A DNA stretch of 63,667 bases from Bacillota bacterium (GTDB lineage Bacteria > Bacillota > Desulfitobacteriia > Desulfitobacteriales > JAJXUE01): contig JAJZPO010000005.1 of assembly GCA_021811155.1 (NCBI GenBank), positions 1 through 63,667 on the forward strand. The letters are read 5' to 3'. The position numbers and the translations under genes are program-made. The notes under the pieces are model-generated. The model worked only from the letters and a program-made list of their open reading frames with translations, was not told the origin of the DNA and searched no databases. Numbering within the stretch: position 1 is the stretch's first letter; each line of letters begins with the position of its first letter. Positions 1-10,118 of the stretch are shown piece after piece.

Positions 1-1573
1 AGGTATCGACTATTTTGTACGCAGGTTTGATGCCATGGGCCAGCCGAAGTTTTCGCACACTCAGCTCGCTGCGGTTGGTCAGGCGGCCAATGGCCAGGTC
101 GGAAAACCCCCGCCTTTTGGCCATCTGCAGCAGACTGGGCTGAAGCGGCTCCTGTTTCAGGCGGTGTTCCAGCTCCACCAAACCCTTGATCTTGTGCAGG
201 AAGAAATAATCTATCTCCGTAAGCTGATGGACTTCAGTCAGGGTCCAGGCGCGGCGGAAAGCTTCAGCAACCGCAAACAGGCGCTCATGGTCAGCCTCCC
301 TAAGCTTCTCCTCCAGTTCCATCTCGGTCCACCGGCTGGATTGGGGGATTCTCAAACCCACAGCCCCAATCTCAAGGCTGCGGACAGCCTTGAGCAGAGC
401 TGCCTCCAGATTGCGTTCCAGCGCCATGACTTCTCCGGTAGCCTTCATCTGGGTGCCCAGCCGGTTATCCGCCAGGGTAAACTTGTCAAAGGGCCAGCGG
501 GGAATCTTTACCACCACGTAGTCCAGAGCCGGCTCAAAACAGGCGCTGGTATTCCCTGTGACCGGATTGGTGATTTCTGGCAGGTTGAGGCCTGCCGCAA
601 TCAAGGCTGCCATCTTGGCGATTGGGTAACCCGTAGCTTTCGATGCCAGGGCGCTGGAACGGCTCACCCGCGGGTTTACTTCAATCACCACATATTCAAA
701 GCTTTGGGGATTCAGGGCGAATTGAACATTGCATCCTCCCTCCACCCCCAAGGCCCGGATAATCTTCAGGGATGCCCCCCGCAAGAGCTGGTACTCTTTG
801 TCGGCCAGGGTCTGGGAAGGGGCTACGACGATGCTGTCCCCGGTATGGATCCCCACCGGATCGATGTTTTCCATATTGCATACCGTGATGCAGTTGTCCG
901 CCCCGTCCCGCATCACTTCATACTCGATTTCTTTCCAGCCTGCCACACTTTGCTCTAACAGAATCTGGCCGATAGGGCTGGCCTGCAGGCCCTTCGCAGC
1001 TATTTCCTCCAGTTGGGCAGGTGTTTTTGCCACTCCGCCCCCAGTCCCGCCCAGGGTATATGCCGGGCGGACAATAACCGGGAAACCGATCTCAACGACG
1101 AATGCCATGGCGTCTGTCAGGCTTGTCACTATCTCGCTTTTGGCCACCGGTTCACCAATCTCGAGCATGGTGAGCTTGAAGGATTCCCGGTCTTCAGCCT
1201 TGCGGATGGTCTCCAGGGATGTGCCCAGAAGTTTTACTCCGTACCGCTCCAAGACGCCTTTTTCCGCCAGTTCCACTGCCAGGTTAAGTCCGGTCTGGCC
1301 CCCAAGGGTAGGCAGAAGCCCTTGCGGGCACTCTTTTTCAATTATTCGACCAACCGACTCCCAGGTGAGGGGCTCCAGGTAAACCTTATCGGCCATATGG
1401 GTGTCTGTCATGATAGTGGCCGGGTTGCTGTTGACCAGAACCACCTCAAGGCCCGCTTCCCTCAGAGCCTTGCAGGCCTGGGTTCCGGCATAGTCAAACT
1501 CAGCGGCCTGCCCGATGATGATTGGTCCCGAGCCGATGACCATGACCTTTTTCAGGTCGGATTTTACAGGCAT
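1..1573 (-). CDS. carB: carbamoyl-phosphate synthase large subunit (N-terminal ~524 codons; 3' part lies outside the window)
   Basis: Absent from the ORF track because it runs off the window edge. Reverse-strand translation from ATG at 1573 reads [57 protein letters not shown], the canonical CPSase large-subunit N-terminus. ATGA overlap with the carA stop. Confidence 0.9.
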   Translation of the reverse strand, partial: MPVKSDLKKVMVIGSGPIIIGQAAEFDYAGTQACKALREAGLEVVLVNSNPATIMTDTHMADKVYLEPLTWESVGRIIEKECPQGLLPTLGGQTGLNLAVELAEKGVLERYGVKLLGTSLETIRKAEDRESFKLTMLEIGEPVAKSEIVTSLTDAMAFVVEIGFPVIVRPAYTLGGTGGGVAKTPAQLEEIAAKGLQASPIGQILLEQSVAGWKEIEYEVMRDGADNCITVCNMENIDPVGIHTGDSIVVAPSQTLADKEYQLLRGASLKIIRALGVEGGCNVQFALNPQSFEYVVIEVNPRVSRSSALASKATGYPIAKMAALIAAGLNLPEITNPVTGNTSACFEPALDYVVVKIPRWPFDKFTLADNRLGTQMKATGEVMALERNLEAALLKAVRSLEIGAVGLRIPQSSRWTEMELEEKLREADHERLFAVAEAFRRAWTLTEVHQLTEIDYFFLHKIKGLVELEHRLKQEPLQPSLLQMAKRRGFSDLAIGRLTNRSELSVRKLRLAHGIKPAYKIVDT

Positions 1574-2646
1574 CAGGTAGTTCCCCCATTCATCAATTCT
1601 GCAAACTTGTCAAACAGGTAGAGGGAGTCGCTGGGTCCGGGGCCGGCCTCCGGATGGTACTGGACTGAAAACACGGGCAGCTCAGAATGTTCCAGCCCTT
1701 CCACCGTTCCGTCGTTCAGGTTGCGGTGGGAGACCCTGAGGGGCAGGTGTTCCAGGCTTTTGGCATCTACGGCGTAGCCGTGGTTCTGGGATGTAATGTA
1801 TACCCGCTTGGTGTTCAGGTCCTGTACCGGCTGGTTTGAACCCCTGTGGCCGAATTTCAGCTTGTAGGTATCCCCGCCCATAGCCAGGCACAAGAGCTGG
1901 TGCCCCAGGCAGATGGCGAAGACAGGCAGACGGCCCAGGAGGGTGCGGATGGTCTCCACAGCGCCGGGGACATCCTTGGGGTCTCCCGGCCCGTTGGACA
2001 AGAACAGCCCCTGGGGGTTCAGGTTTAAAATTTCCTGGGCAGTGGCCCAGGCGGGGACCACCACCAGGTCAAAGCCCTTCGCTCCCAGGCTTTCCAGGAT
2101 GTTGGCCTTGATGCCGAAATCCATCACCACCACCCGCGGGCCCTGACCGGGAAAGCCGTAGCTTTCCCGCGTACAGACCTTTTCCACCAGGTCCCTTTCC
2201 GGCGCCCAAGCCCGCACTTCGTCCACCAGCCTGTCTATATCCTCCAGCCGGTTGGTAATCATGCCCTTCAAAGTGCCGTGGACCCTGATTACCCTTGTCA
2301 GGGCCCTGGTGTCTATCCCTTTCAGGCCGATGATGCCCGCTTTGGCCAAAATTTCATCCAGGCTGGCCTGGGAGCGCCAGTTGCTGGGAGTCAGGCAGTC
2401 CTCTTTTACAATAAATCCCCGCACTTGAATCCGCCTGGACTGGTCGTCCTCTGTGTTCATGCCGTAGTTGCCCACCAAGGGATAGGTCATGGTAACAATC
2501 TGGCCCGCGTAAGAGGGATCCGTCAAAACCTCCTGGTACCCTGTCATGCTCGTATTAAACACAACTTCTCCTTTGACTTCACCCTGGGCCCCCAGGGCCT
2601 CTCCCAGGAAAACCTGACCGTTGGCCAAAACCAAGGCTGCTTTCAT
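1573..2646 (-). CDS. carA: carbamoyl-phosphate synthase small (glutaminase) subunit
   Basis: 357-aa ORF with a CPSase small-chain N-domain and class-I amidotransferase motifs ([13 protein letters not shown]). Lies directly upstream of carB. Confidence 0.95.
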   Translation of the reverse strand: MKAALVLANGQVFLGEALGAQGEVKGEVVFNTSMTGYQEVLTDPSYAGQIVTMTYPLVGNYGMNTEDDQSRRIQVRGFIVKEDCLTPSNWRSQASLDEILAKAGIIGLKGIDTRALTRVIRVHGTLKGMITNRLEDIDRLVDEVRAWAPERDLVEKVCTRESYGFPGQGPRVVVMDFGIKANILESLGAKGFDLVVVPAWATAQEILNLNPQGLFLSNGPGDPKDVPGAVETIRTLLGRLPVFAICLGHQLLCLAMGGDTYKLKFGHRGSNQPVQDLNTKRVYITSQNHGYAVDAKSLEHLPLRVSHRNLNDGTVEGLEHSELPVFSVQYHPEAGPGPSDSLYLFDKFAELMNGGTT

Positions 2647-3842
2647 ACTGCCTCCGTTTCAGCTAAAACGTCATCCAGTACTTGCAAGACCTGCTCCACT
2701 TCGGCTTGACCGATGTTCAGAGGAGGCAGGAACCTCAACACATCGCTTCCCACGCAATTGATCAGGACACCCTTCTCACGGCATTTGTCCACGATGGGAC
2801 GCCCATCCACCTTGAGCTGCAAGCCTCTGATCAAACCCAAACCCCGCACCTCCACTGCAAAGGGATATTTGACGCAGAATTCCTGCAGTCCCGCCGCCAG
2901 GAGTTCACCCATGCGGGCGGAGTTTTCCACCATCTGCTCGGCCAGAAGTGCGCTGAAGGCTGCTGCGCCGGCCGCCGTAGCCAGAGGGTTGCCGCCAAAA
3001 GTTGAAGCGTGGTCCCCAGGGCTGAATGCCTGGGCCACCTCCTCCCTGGCCACCAGGGCGCCTATGGCCACCCCGCCGGCCAGCGCCTTGGCCAAAGTCA
3101 TAATATCAGGCTCCACTCCGGAATGCTCGTAGGCAAAGAGTTTTCCGGTACGGCCCAAACCGCACTGCACCTCGTCAAAAATCAAGAGCGCCCCGTGCTT
3201 CCGGCACAGTTTCTTGACTTCCTGCAGGTAGGCAAAATCCGCCACGTGGACTCCGCCCTCGCCCTGCACCGGCTCCAGCAGCACCGCGCAGGTTGAAGGC
3301 CCCAGGGCCTCTGCCAGAGCGGACAAGTCGTTGATCGGCACATATTTGAAGCCTGCAGGCAGTGGTTCATAGCCCGCCTGGTATTTCTCCTGGCCCGTGG
3401 CGGTCAACGTGGCCAGGGTACGCCCGTGAAAGGAGTGTTTCAGGCTGATTATTTCATACTTCTCAGGCCCGAAAGTCTTTTTGGCGTACTTTCTCGCCAG
3501 CTTGATGGCCCCTTCGTTGGCCTCGGCCCCGCTGTTGCAGAAAAACACCTTGTCACCGAAGGAGTTTTCGACCAACAGCCTGGCCAGTTCCACCTGGGAC
3601 TCGATCCAATACAGGTTTGAGCAGTGCAGGAGCTTGCCCGCCTGTTCCCGGATTGCATCTACCACCTTGGGATGGCAGTGCCCGAGGGAATTCACGGCCA
3701 GGCCGCCGACAAAATCCAGATATTCCCTGCCGTCCGCGTCCCACACTCTGGATCCCTCGCCCCGTACCAGGGCGATGGGCAGTCGCCCGTAAGTGTTCAT
3801 CACATATTTCTGGCCTTTGCTGACTATTTCCGCATTGGTCAT
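2643..3842 (-). CDS. argD: acetylornithine aminotransferase
   Basis: Class-III PLP aminotransferase motifs (NSGAEANEGAIKLARK, DEVQCGLGRTGK). Start trimmed from the longest ORF (4040) to ATG 3842, which has AAGGAGG 8 nt upstream. The discarded 66 codons read through a repeat element. Confidence 0.9.
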   Translation of the reverse strand: MTNAEIVSKGQKYVMNTYGRLPIALVRGEGSRVWDADGREYLDFVGGLAVNSLGHCHPKVVDAIREQAGKLLHCSNLYWIESQVELARLLVENSFGDKVFFCNSGAEANEGAIKLARKYAKKTFGPEKYEIISLKHSFHGRTLATLTATGQEKYQAGYEPLPAGFKYVPINDLSALAEALGPSTCAVLLEPVQGEGGVHVADFAYLQEVKKLCRKHGALLIFDEVQCGLGRTGKLFAYEHSGVEPDIMTLAKALAGGVAIGALVAREEVAQAFSPGDHASTFGGNPLATAAGAAAFSALLAEQMVENSARMGELLAAGLQEFCVKYPFAVEVRGLGLIRGLQLKVDGRPIVDKCREKGVLINCVGSDVLRFLPPLNIGQAEVEQVLQVLDDVLAETEAV

Positions 3843-3870
3843 CTCGACCGCCTCCTTCATTTTTACGGCT

Positions 3871-3981
3871 GTTGAAAAACTTCGTCTAGCTTTGTCGCCG
3901 ATGCTGCTGCCATCCTCACCGTACGCCCAGTACGCTTCCGGTGTCAGCCGCATCGGCTTCGCGCTATACTCGTTTTTGAAC
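3871..3981 (-). repeat. rod-shaped hairpin element, copy B (stem extends to 3867-3985)
   Basis: Reverse complement reads GTTCAAAAACGAGTATAGCGCGAAG...GGCGACAAAGCTAGACGAAGTTTTTCAAC. It shares both ends with the copy at 20842-20952. The interior differs in sequence but keeps its pairing. Confidence 0.8.
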
Positions 3982-3996
3982 AGCCTAATAGGGTCA

Positions 3997-4884
3997 TCAG
4001 AGAACCATTGTGCCGATGCCCTCGTCTGTGAATATTTCAAGCAGGATGGAATGGGGCACCCGCCCGTCGATGATGTGAACCTGGCGCACCCCTGAGCTTA
4101 TGGCATGGACACAGCATTCGACCTTGGGAATCATGCCCCCGCTGATAACGCCTGAGGAAATCAGTCCGTCAACCTCACTCGTCCTTACTGTAGAGATCAG
4201 GCTGTCCTTGTCCTCGTAATCGGCATAAATCCCTTCCACATCTGTGAGCAGAACCAGCTTGTCGGCCCGCAGGGCTCCGGCAATGGCGCCAGCTGCATAG
4301 TCGGCGTTGATGTTGTAGCTCTCTCCGTCTTCCCCTGCTCCCACCGGTGCAATAACCGGAATATAGCTCTTTGTGACCAAAGTCTCGATAATCTCCGGGT
4401 TCACTCCGGTTACTTCCCCAACAAAGCCCAGGTCGATTTCTTCTTCATGACCTTGGTCATCGGTGACTGCCATTTGTTTTTTTGCAGCCGTGAGCAGCCC
4501 GCCGTCCTTGCCGGAAATTCCCACAGCCTTGGCCCCTAAACCTGAGAGCATGGTTACGATTTCCTTATTCAATTTTCCCGCCAGGACCATTTCTGTTATC
4601 TCCATGGTTTCGGCATCGGTCACCCGCAGTCCCTGGACAAATTCAGACCTCTTGCCCACCTTCTTCAGCATGACGCTGATTTCCGGCCCGCCCCCGTGCA
4701 CCACCACCGGGTTGATCCCCACGAATTTCATCAGGGTAATATCGGTCAGCACCGCCCGCTTCAGGCTATCGTCCAGCATAGCATTGCCGCCGTACTTGAT
4801 TACCACGGTTTTGCCCGAAAATTTCTTGATATAGGGTAAAGCCTCCACCAAAATCTCCGCTTTTTCCAAAGCTGATATGCCCAC
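3997..4884 (-). CDS. argB: acetylglutamate kinase
   Basis: Amino-acid kinase family ([20 protein letters not shown]). Start set at GTG 4884, with GAGGAGG 8 nt upstream, giving the usual ~295 aa. The longest ORF starts at 4977. Confidence 0.85.
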   Translation of the reverse strand: MGISALEKAEILVEALPYIKKFSGKTVVIKYGGNAMLDDSLKRAVLTDITLMKFVGINPVVVHGGGPEISVMLKKVGKRSEFVQGLRVTDAETMEITEMVLAGKLNKEIVTMLSGLGAKAVGISGKDGGLLTAAKKQMAVTDDQGHEEEIDLGFVGEVTGVNPEIIETLVTKSYIPVIAPVGAGEDGESYNINADYAAGAIAGALRADKLVLLTDVEGIYADYEDKDSLISTVRTSEVDGLISSGVISGGMIPKVECCVHAISSGVRQVHIIDGRVPHSILLEIFTDEGIGTMVL

Positions 4885-4996
4885 ACCAATTTCCTCCTCA
4901 CTACACCGGTTAATAAAGTGGGCGCCGGTTCGCACCCCGTTCAAACAACGGCCAACGCTCCAAAGTGAGTCAGTCAAGGACCGTCCCCCGATTGAC

Positions 4997-6205
4997 TCAG
5001 GTGCGGTAACTGCCGTTGATGGTCACATATTCATGACTGAGGTCGCACCCCCAGGCAGTAGCCCGGAAATCCCCCAGGTTTAATTCTACCCGCACCTTGA
5101 TATCTTTTTGGCTGAGGATTTCCTTCGCCTCTTCCTCCGAGAAAGGCAAGCCGCCCCCAGCTTCGCATACCTGCAGTTCACCCAGGAAAATATCAACCAG
5201 GCCTGGGTCGAACCCTTCTATTGAGTAACCCAAGGCGCAGATTATCCTGCCCCAGTTGGCGTCCTCGCCGTAAAACGCGGCCTTAGTCAGACTGGAGCCG
5301 GCAATCCCCCTGGCAGCCCGCCTGGCGTCTTCCAGGCTGCCCGCTCCGCCGACCTCAATCTCCAGAAACTTGGTGGCCCCTTCCCCGTCCCGGGCAATCA
5401 TCTGTGCCAGTTCCCGGCAGACCCGGCTCAAGGCAGCTTTGAACTTCCCATAGTCATCACTTCCGGCCTGCAGGGGGCTGTTGCCGGCCATGCCGTTGGC
5501 CAGGATCAGCAGTGTGTCATTGGTACTGGTATCCCCATCCACCGTGATCATATTGAAAGACTCGTCCGCGGCTTCCCGCAGGGCTTCCTGCAAAAGCCGG
5601 GCATCAATCCTGGCGTCAGTGGTGATGAAACACAGCATGGTGGCCATGTTGGGGTGAATCATCCCCGAACCTTTGGCAACACCGCCGATTCTCACCTTCT
5701 GCCCGGACAGGGAAATCTCCGCCGCTGTTTCCTTGGCAAAAGTATCCGTGGTCATCATGGCCAGGGCCAGTTCATGGCCGCCTTGGGAGGACAGCGCCTT
5801 CCCGGCTTTTTGCACACCGGGGAGGACTTTGTCCATCGGCATCTCCACCCCGATGACCCCGGTGGAAGCTACAGCCACCCGGTCCTCACCTGTCCCCAGT
5901 ACTGCGGCCGCCTCCCGGGCCATGGCCAGGCAGTCGGAGATACCCCGCTCCCCCGTACAGGCATTGGCATTGCCGCTGTTAATAACTATCCCTTTAGCCA
6001 GGCCGCCTTCAACCACTTTTTTGCTGTGTATCACAGGTGCGGCTTTGACCCGGTTTGTGGTAAACACCCCGGCCGCCACCGCCTCCACCTCTGAGACGAT
6101 CAGTCCCACATCATACTTGTCAGCTTTCTTTATCTCCGCCATGGCCGCTCCGGCCAAAAACCCCCTGGGAGCGCACACTCCGCCCGCAATCTGCAGCAAC
6201 TCCAA
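4997..6205 (-). CDS. argJ: bifunctional glutamate N-acetyltransferase / amino-acid acetyltransferase
   Basis: 402-aa ArgJ family protein with the self-cleavage region [14 protein letters not shown] and a GATKF motif. Confidence 0.95.
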   Translation of the reverse strand: MELLQIAGGVCAPRGFLAGAAMAEIKKADKYDVGLIVSEVEAVAAGVFTTNRVKAAPVIHSKKVVEGGLAKGIVINSGNANACTGERGISDCLAMAREAAAVLGTGEDRVAVASTGVIGVEMPMDKVLPGVQKAGKALSSQGGHELALAMMTTDTFAKETAAEISLSGQKVRIGGVAKGSGMIHPNMATMLCFITTDARIDARLLQEALREAADESFNMITVDGDTSTNDTLLILANGMAGNSPLQAGSDDYGKFKAALSRVCRELAQMIARDGEGATKFLEIEVGGAGSLEDARRAARGIAGSSLTKAAFYGEDANWGRIICALGYSIEGFDPGLVDIFLGELQVCEAGGGLPFSEEEAKEILSQKDIKVRVELNLGDFRATAWGCDLSHEYVTINGSYRT

Positions 6206-6224
6206 ACCCTCCTATTACTTCAAG

Positions 6225-7256
6225 TTAGGGCATCAGCGGCACCATTTCCAGGCCCATGCCCTCAGGCAGGCCCCAGAGCAGGTTCATATTCTGCACAGCC
6301 TGCCCCGCCGCACCCTTCACCAGATTGTCAATCACCGAGAGCACCACCAGCCTGCCGGTCCGCCCGTCAACCACCAGGCTAACCATACAGTGGTTGGAGC
6401 CGTAGACCCATTTGGTCTGGGGCAGCACCCCGGCCGGAAGCATGGTCACAAACTGCTCTCCGGCATAAAATTCCGTATAGGCCTGCCTGACCTGGGCCTC
6501 AGTCCAGCCCGGTTTCAGCCTGCCGTAAATAGTTGCCAGAATGCCTCTGGACATCGGCACCAGGTGAGGGGTAAAGCTTACCGTAATCTTTTCCCCCGCC
6601 AGACCGGAAAACTCCTGTTCTATTTCCGGGGTATGCCGGTGTTTGCCCACATTATAAGCTTTAAAGTTTTCATTGACCTCCGAAAAGTGGGACCCCAGGC
6701 TCAACCCCCGGCCCGCCCCGGTGACACCTGATTTGGCGTCGATAATGATGCTTTCCGTCTCAATCATCCCCGTCTTTAGAGCCGGGGCCAGTCCCAGGAT
6801 GCTCGCCGTGGGATAACAGCCGGGATTGGCAACAAGCTTCGCACCTTTTATCAACTCCCGCTTCAGTTCCGGCAGACCGTAAACTGCCTGCTCCAGGTTG
6901 GCCGGGGCAGGGTGCTGATACCACTCCTCATAGACAGCCGGGTCTGCCAGGCGGTAATCAGCGCCCAGGTCTATTACCCGTTTGCCCATTGCCGTTAGTT
7001 TCCCCGCCAAAGCGCCTGCTAACCCATGCGGCAAGGCCAGGATAACCTGGTCAACCCCGGCAAAGTTCTCCGGATTGTCATCCACCAGTTCCAAATCCCC
7101 TACCGGCAGGCTGTGGGGGTAAACCTCACGATATTTTTTCCCCACGTAGCTGTGGGAGCTAAGCAGCCCAATTTCCGTTTCCGGGTGACCCGAGAGCAAT
7201 CGCACCAGTTCAGCCCCGGTGTACCCAGTTGCTCCGATTATGCCTACTTTAATCAT
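6225..7256 (-). CDS. argC: N-acetyl-gamma-glutamyl-phosphate reductase
   Basis: 343 aa. N-terminal Rossmann motif GATGYTG, active-site region NPGCYPT, first gene of the arg operon. Confidence 0.95.
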   Translation of the reverse strand: MIKVGIIGATGYTGAELVRLLSGHPETEIGLLSSHSYVGKKYREVYPHSLPVGDLELVDDNPENFAGVDQVILALPHGLAGALAGKLTAMGKRVIDLGADYRLADPAVYEEWYQHPAPANLEQAVYGLPELKRELIKGAKLVANPGCYPTASILGLAPALKTGMIETESIIIDAKSGVTGAGRGLSLGSHFSEVNENFKAYNVGKHRHTPEIEQEFSGLAGEKITVSFTPHLVPMSRGILATIYGRLKPGWTEAQVRQAYTEFYAGEQFVTMLPAGVLPQTKWVYGSNHCMVSLVVDGRTGRLVVLSVIDNLVKGAAGQAVQNMNLLWGLPEGMGLEMVPLMP

Positions 7257-7270
7257 CCTCGCCCCTCCTG

Positions 7271-7318
7271 ATGAATCATTATTTAATAATTATACAAATC
7301 AATGTATAAAAATGCAAT
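7271..7318. promoter_or_regulatory. two ARG-box-like operators (ArgR/AhrC type)
   Basis: ATGAATCATTATTTAATA (7271-7288) and AATGTATAAAAATGCAAT (7301-7318) each resemble TGAAT-wwww-ATTCA. One covers the -35 hexamer and the other the start region of the argC promoter. Confidence 0.5.
7289..7317 (-). promoter_or_regulatory. sigma-A type promoter of the arg operon
   Basis: The minus strand reads TTGCAT-17 nt-TATAAT, about 30 nt upstream of the argC ATG. Confidence 0.55.
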
Positions 7319-7380
7319 AATAATTGTTGAGCATCCTATCTATTTTTGTGTCCTCCACCGATGGAAAAATGTATTCCATA

Positions 7381-7409
7381 TTGATACATTCCCTGGCAGA
7401 AGATATAAT
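7381..7409 (+). promoter_or_regulatory. sigma-A type promoter of serC
   Basis: TTGATA-17 nt-TATAAT, about 48 nt upstream of the serC ATG. Confidence 0.55.
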
Positions 7410-7456
7410 GTCTAATAAGGTTGTTAAAAATTGAACAAATATCGGGAGGAGTTTTC

Positions 7457-8545
7457 ATGCCAGAAAGAGTCCTTAACTTTAATCCAGGCCCTGCAGCTCT
7501 TCCGCTGCCCGTTTTAGAAGAGGCGCAAAGCGAATTGCTTAATTTTGAAGGTACCGGTATGTCCGTGCTGGAAATCAGTCACCGTTCCAAGGAATATGAA
7601 GCCATCAATTCGGAAGCTGAGGCCCTGCTCAAGGAACTGCTCGGCGTTCCTGACAATTACCGGGTACTTTTCCTGCAAGGGGGCGCCAGCACCCAGTTTG
7701 CAGCCGTCCCGCTGAATTTGACGCCGCACGGCGCCACCGCCGACTACATCTTAACCGGCAGCTGGGCTGAAAAGGCCTACCAGGAAGCAAGCAAGTTTGT
7801 CAGCACCCACGTGGCTGCCAGCACCAAAGAAGGGAACTATCAGCGCATCCCGGTGCCTGACGAAATCAAACTCAGCGACTCTCCCGCCTATGTTCACCTT
7901 TGTTCCAATAACACAATTTTCGGCACCCAGTGGCAGTCTTTCCCCGATTTCGGCACTGTGCCGGTAATTGCCGACATGTCGAGCGACATTCTTTCCCGCC
8001 GCATTGACGCTGCGAAATTTGCCCTGATCTACGCCGGAGCACAAAAGAACCTGGGGCCTGCCGGTGTGACCGTGGTGATTATCCGCAATGACCTGTTGGA
8101 GAAAGTTCCCGCCGGCATCCCAACCATGCTGCGCTACGATATTCACGCCAAGAATGACTCCCTCTACAATACCCCGCCTGCCTTTGCCGTATACATGGTG
8201 AACCTGGTTCTCCGCTGGCTCAAAAACAGCGGCGGCCTGGAAGTAATGGAGAAACGCAACGCTGAAAAAGCCGGCATAATTTATGCGGCTATTGATAACA
8301 GCGGCGGCTTTTACCGCGGCCATGCAGACAAGGACAGCCGCTCCCTGATGAATATCACTTTCCGGCTCCCCAGCGAAGAACTGGAGAAAGAGTTTGCCGC
8401 TGCGGCAAGCAAAGAAGGGCTCGTCGGTTTGAAAGGCCACCGCTCTGTCGGAGGTATCCGGGCCTCGGTTTACAATGCCATGAGCCTGGAGGGATGTCAG
8501 GCTCTTGCCCAGTTCATGGCCGTTTTCCAGAGCAAAAACGGCTGA
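7457..8545 (+). CDS. serC: phosphoserine aminotransferase
   Basis: MPERVLNFNPGPAALP is the typical SerC N-terminus. ATG 7457 is preceded by GGGAGGAG. The longest ORF starts at 7421. Confidence 0.92.
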   Translation: MPERVLNFNPGPAALPLPVLEEAQSELLNFEGTGMSVLEISHRSKEYEAINSEAEALLKELLGVPDNYRVLFLQGGASTQFAAVPLNLTPHGATADYILTGSWAEKAYQEASKFVSTHVAASTKEGNYQRIPVPDEIKLSDSPAYVHLCSNNTIFGTQWQSFPDFGTVPVIADMSSDILSRRIDAAKFALIYAGAQKNLGPAGVTVVIIRNDLLEKVPAGIPTMLRYDIHAKNDSLYNTPPAFAVYMVNLVLRWLKNSGGLEVMEKRNAEKAGIIYAAIDNSGGFYRGHADKDSRSLMNITFRLPSEELEKEFAAAASKEGLVGLKGHRSVGGIRASVYNAMSLEGCQALAQFMAVFQSKNG

Positions 8546-8575
8546 TTCCAGCCCTAAAAACTCACAGAAACACGC

Positions 8576-8618
8576 AAGGAGGCCGCCCTGTACCGGGGCG
8601 TGCCTCCTTACGTCATTT
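8576..8618 (+). terminator. intrinsic terminator after serC
   Basis: GC-rich stem AAGGAGGCCGCCC...GGGGCGTGCCTCCTT, followed by a short T-run. Confidence 0.55.
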
Positions 8619-8723
8619 TCACACGACGTTGCCTCAAAAATTCAGAATATCTAAAGGTATTTTGTTCAATTACAGCGAATTTTTTACCACTGTCTTATAA
8701 CACCTTTAAAGGACTGATAAACT

Positions 8724-10118
8724 TTGACCCAGCTGCTGGATGAACTGTGCCATATTGTGGGCCGGGAGCATGTGTACTCTGCCTACAGCGACCGTTACTG
8801 TTACACCTACGACGCCTCTTTCTGCACCGTGGAAAGCGGTAATCTGCCCGCCTTTATCGTGCACCCCGGTTCTGCGGAGGAAGTCTCCCATCTCATGCGG
8901 CTGGCCAACAGGGAGAAGATTCCGGTCATTCCCCGCGGGGCAGGCAGCAATGTCAGCGGCGGCACGATTCCCGTCAAGGACTGCATGGTCATGGTTTTGA
9001 CCAGACTGAACCGCATTCTGGAAATCGATACCCGCAACCTCGTGGCAGTGGTAGAACCCGGTGTAGTCACCGGAGTGTTTCAGCAGGAGGTGGAAAAGCT
9101 GGGGCTTTTTTATCCGCCTGACCCGGCAAGCCTGCCCTTTTCAACCCTGGGGGGAAATGCCGCCGAGTGTGCCGGCGGTCCCAGGGGGGTAAAATACGGT
9201 GTAACCCGGGATTACGTCCTTGGGCTGCAGGTCGTGCTTCCCGACGGGCAGGTTATCGAAACCGGGGGCCGCACCTTGAAAAATGTCGCGGGCTATGACC
9301 TTACCCGCCTGTTCGTGGGCTCCGAAGGCACTCTAGGGATCATCACCCGCATTACCCTGCGCCTCATCCCCCTGCCGGAAGCCAAGCAGACTATGCTGGC
9401 GGTTTATGACAGCGTGGAGGGAGCCGCTGAAACCGTTGCCGCAGTCATCTCCGCCGGGATTATTCCCGCCACCCTGGAGTTTCTTGACCAGGTCTACATC
9501 AAGAATATTGAGGAATATGCTCACGTAGGCTTTCCGCTGGACGCGGCGGCCGTACTCCTGATTGAAGTGGACGGGGATGCCGCGGTCATCGAAAAACAGA
9601 TTGCCAAAATAGAGGAGACTTGCCGCCGGCAAGGGGCCACGCAGATTAGAATCGCCAGAACCGCCCGGGAAGCGGGCGACCTGTGGCAGGCCCGGCGCGC
9701 TGCCTTCGGTGCCCTGGCCCGGCTAAAGCCTACCATTATCGGGGAAGACGCCACCGTTCCCCGCAGCAGCTTGCCGGAAATGGTCAAAAGAATCCGACGC
9801 ATTGCAGAGGAATTTGACGTTCTGATAGCGGTTGTGGGCCATGCCGGAGACGGCAACCTGCACGCCACTTTTCTGTGTGATGAACGGGATAAAGAGGAAA
9901 TGGCCCGGGTGGACCAGGCTATCGCCGCGGTAATCGATGCAGCTCTGGCCCTCCAGGGCACGGTTTCCGGCGAGCACGGGATAGGCAGGATGAAATCCGG
10001 GTTCCTCGCCCGTCAAGTTGGTCCTGCGGCTTTGGGGCTGATGCGCAGCATCAAGCGCACCCTGGACCCCAATAATATTCTCAATCCCGCTGTGATGTTC
10101 GGGGAGGGACAAGAGTGA
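8724..10118 (+). CDS. FAD-binding oxidase, GlcD / D-lactate dehydrogenase family
   Basis: 464 aa with an FAD_binding_4-type N-domain (IPVIPRGAGSNVSGG) and an FAD-oxidase C-domain (GTVSGEHGIG). TTG start. Substrate not determinable by eye. Confidence 0.85.
   Translation: MTQLLDELCHIVGREHVYSAYSDRYCYTYDASFCTVESGNLPAFIVHPGSAEEVSHLMRLANREKIPVIPRGAGSNVSGGTIPVKDCMVMVLTRLNRILEIDTRNLVAVVEPGVVTGVFQQEVEKLGLFYPPDPASLPFSTLGGNAAECAGGPRGVKYGVTRDYVLGLQVVLPDGQVIETGGRTLKNVAGYDLTRLFVGSEGTLGIITRITLRLIPLPEAKQTMLAVYDSVEGAAETVAAVISAGIIPATLEFLDQVYIKNIEEYAHVGFPLDAAAVLLIEVDGDAAVIEKQIAKIEETCRRQGATQIRIARTAREAGDLWQARRAAFGALARLKPTIIGEDATVPRSSLPEMVKRIRRIAEEFDVLIAVVGHAGDGNLHATFLCDERDKEEMARVDQAIAAVIDAALALQGTVSGEHGIGRMKSGFLARQVGPAALGLMRSIKRTLDPNNILNPAVMFGEGQE

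Noticed and set aside
35-1621. Three long plus-strand ORFs (35-958, 729-1382, 1013-1621) at the left edge
   Set aside because: They lie antisense to an unmistakable carB reading frame that runs off the window. Their translations are low-complexity and Pro/Arg/Gly/Ser-rich, which is typical of antisense frames in GC-rich DNA.
3843-4040. A 66-codon N-terminal extension of the argD ORF ([28 protein letters not shown]...)
   Set aside because: The extension merely reads through the rod-shaped repeat element. A strong AAGGAGG RBS precedes the internal ATG at 3842, which gives a normal-length ArgD.
5673-6731. A 352-aa plus-strand ORF spanning argJ and argC. Similar long antisense ORFs occur at 17660-18553, 54358-55344, 58274-59035 and 60171-60923.
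   Set aside because: Each lies opposite a highly conserved gene (argJ/argC, the AMMECR1 fusion, rplP/rpsC, rplC/rpsJ, tuf/fusA). None has a recognisable motif or an RBS. They even cross gene boundaries of the opposite strand. They are best explained by stop-codon depletion in GC-rich antisense frames.
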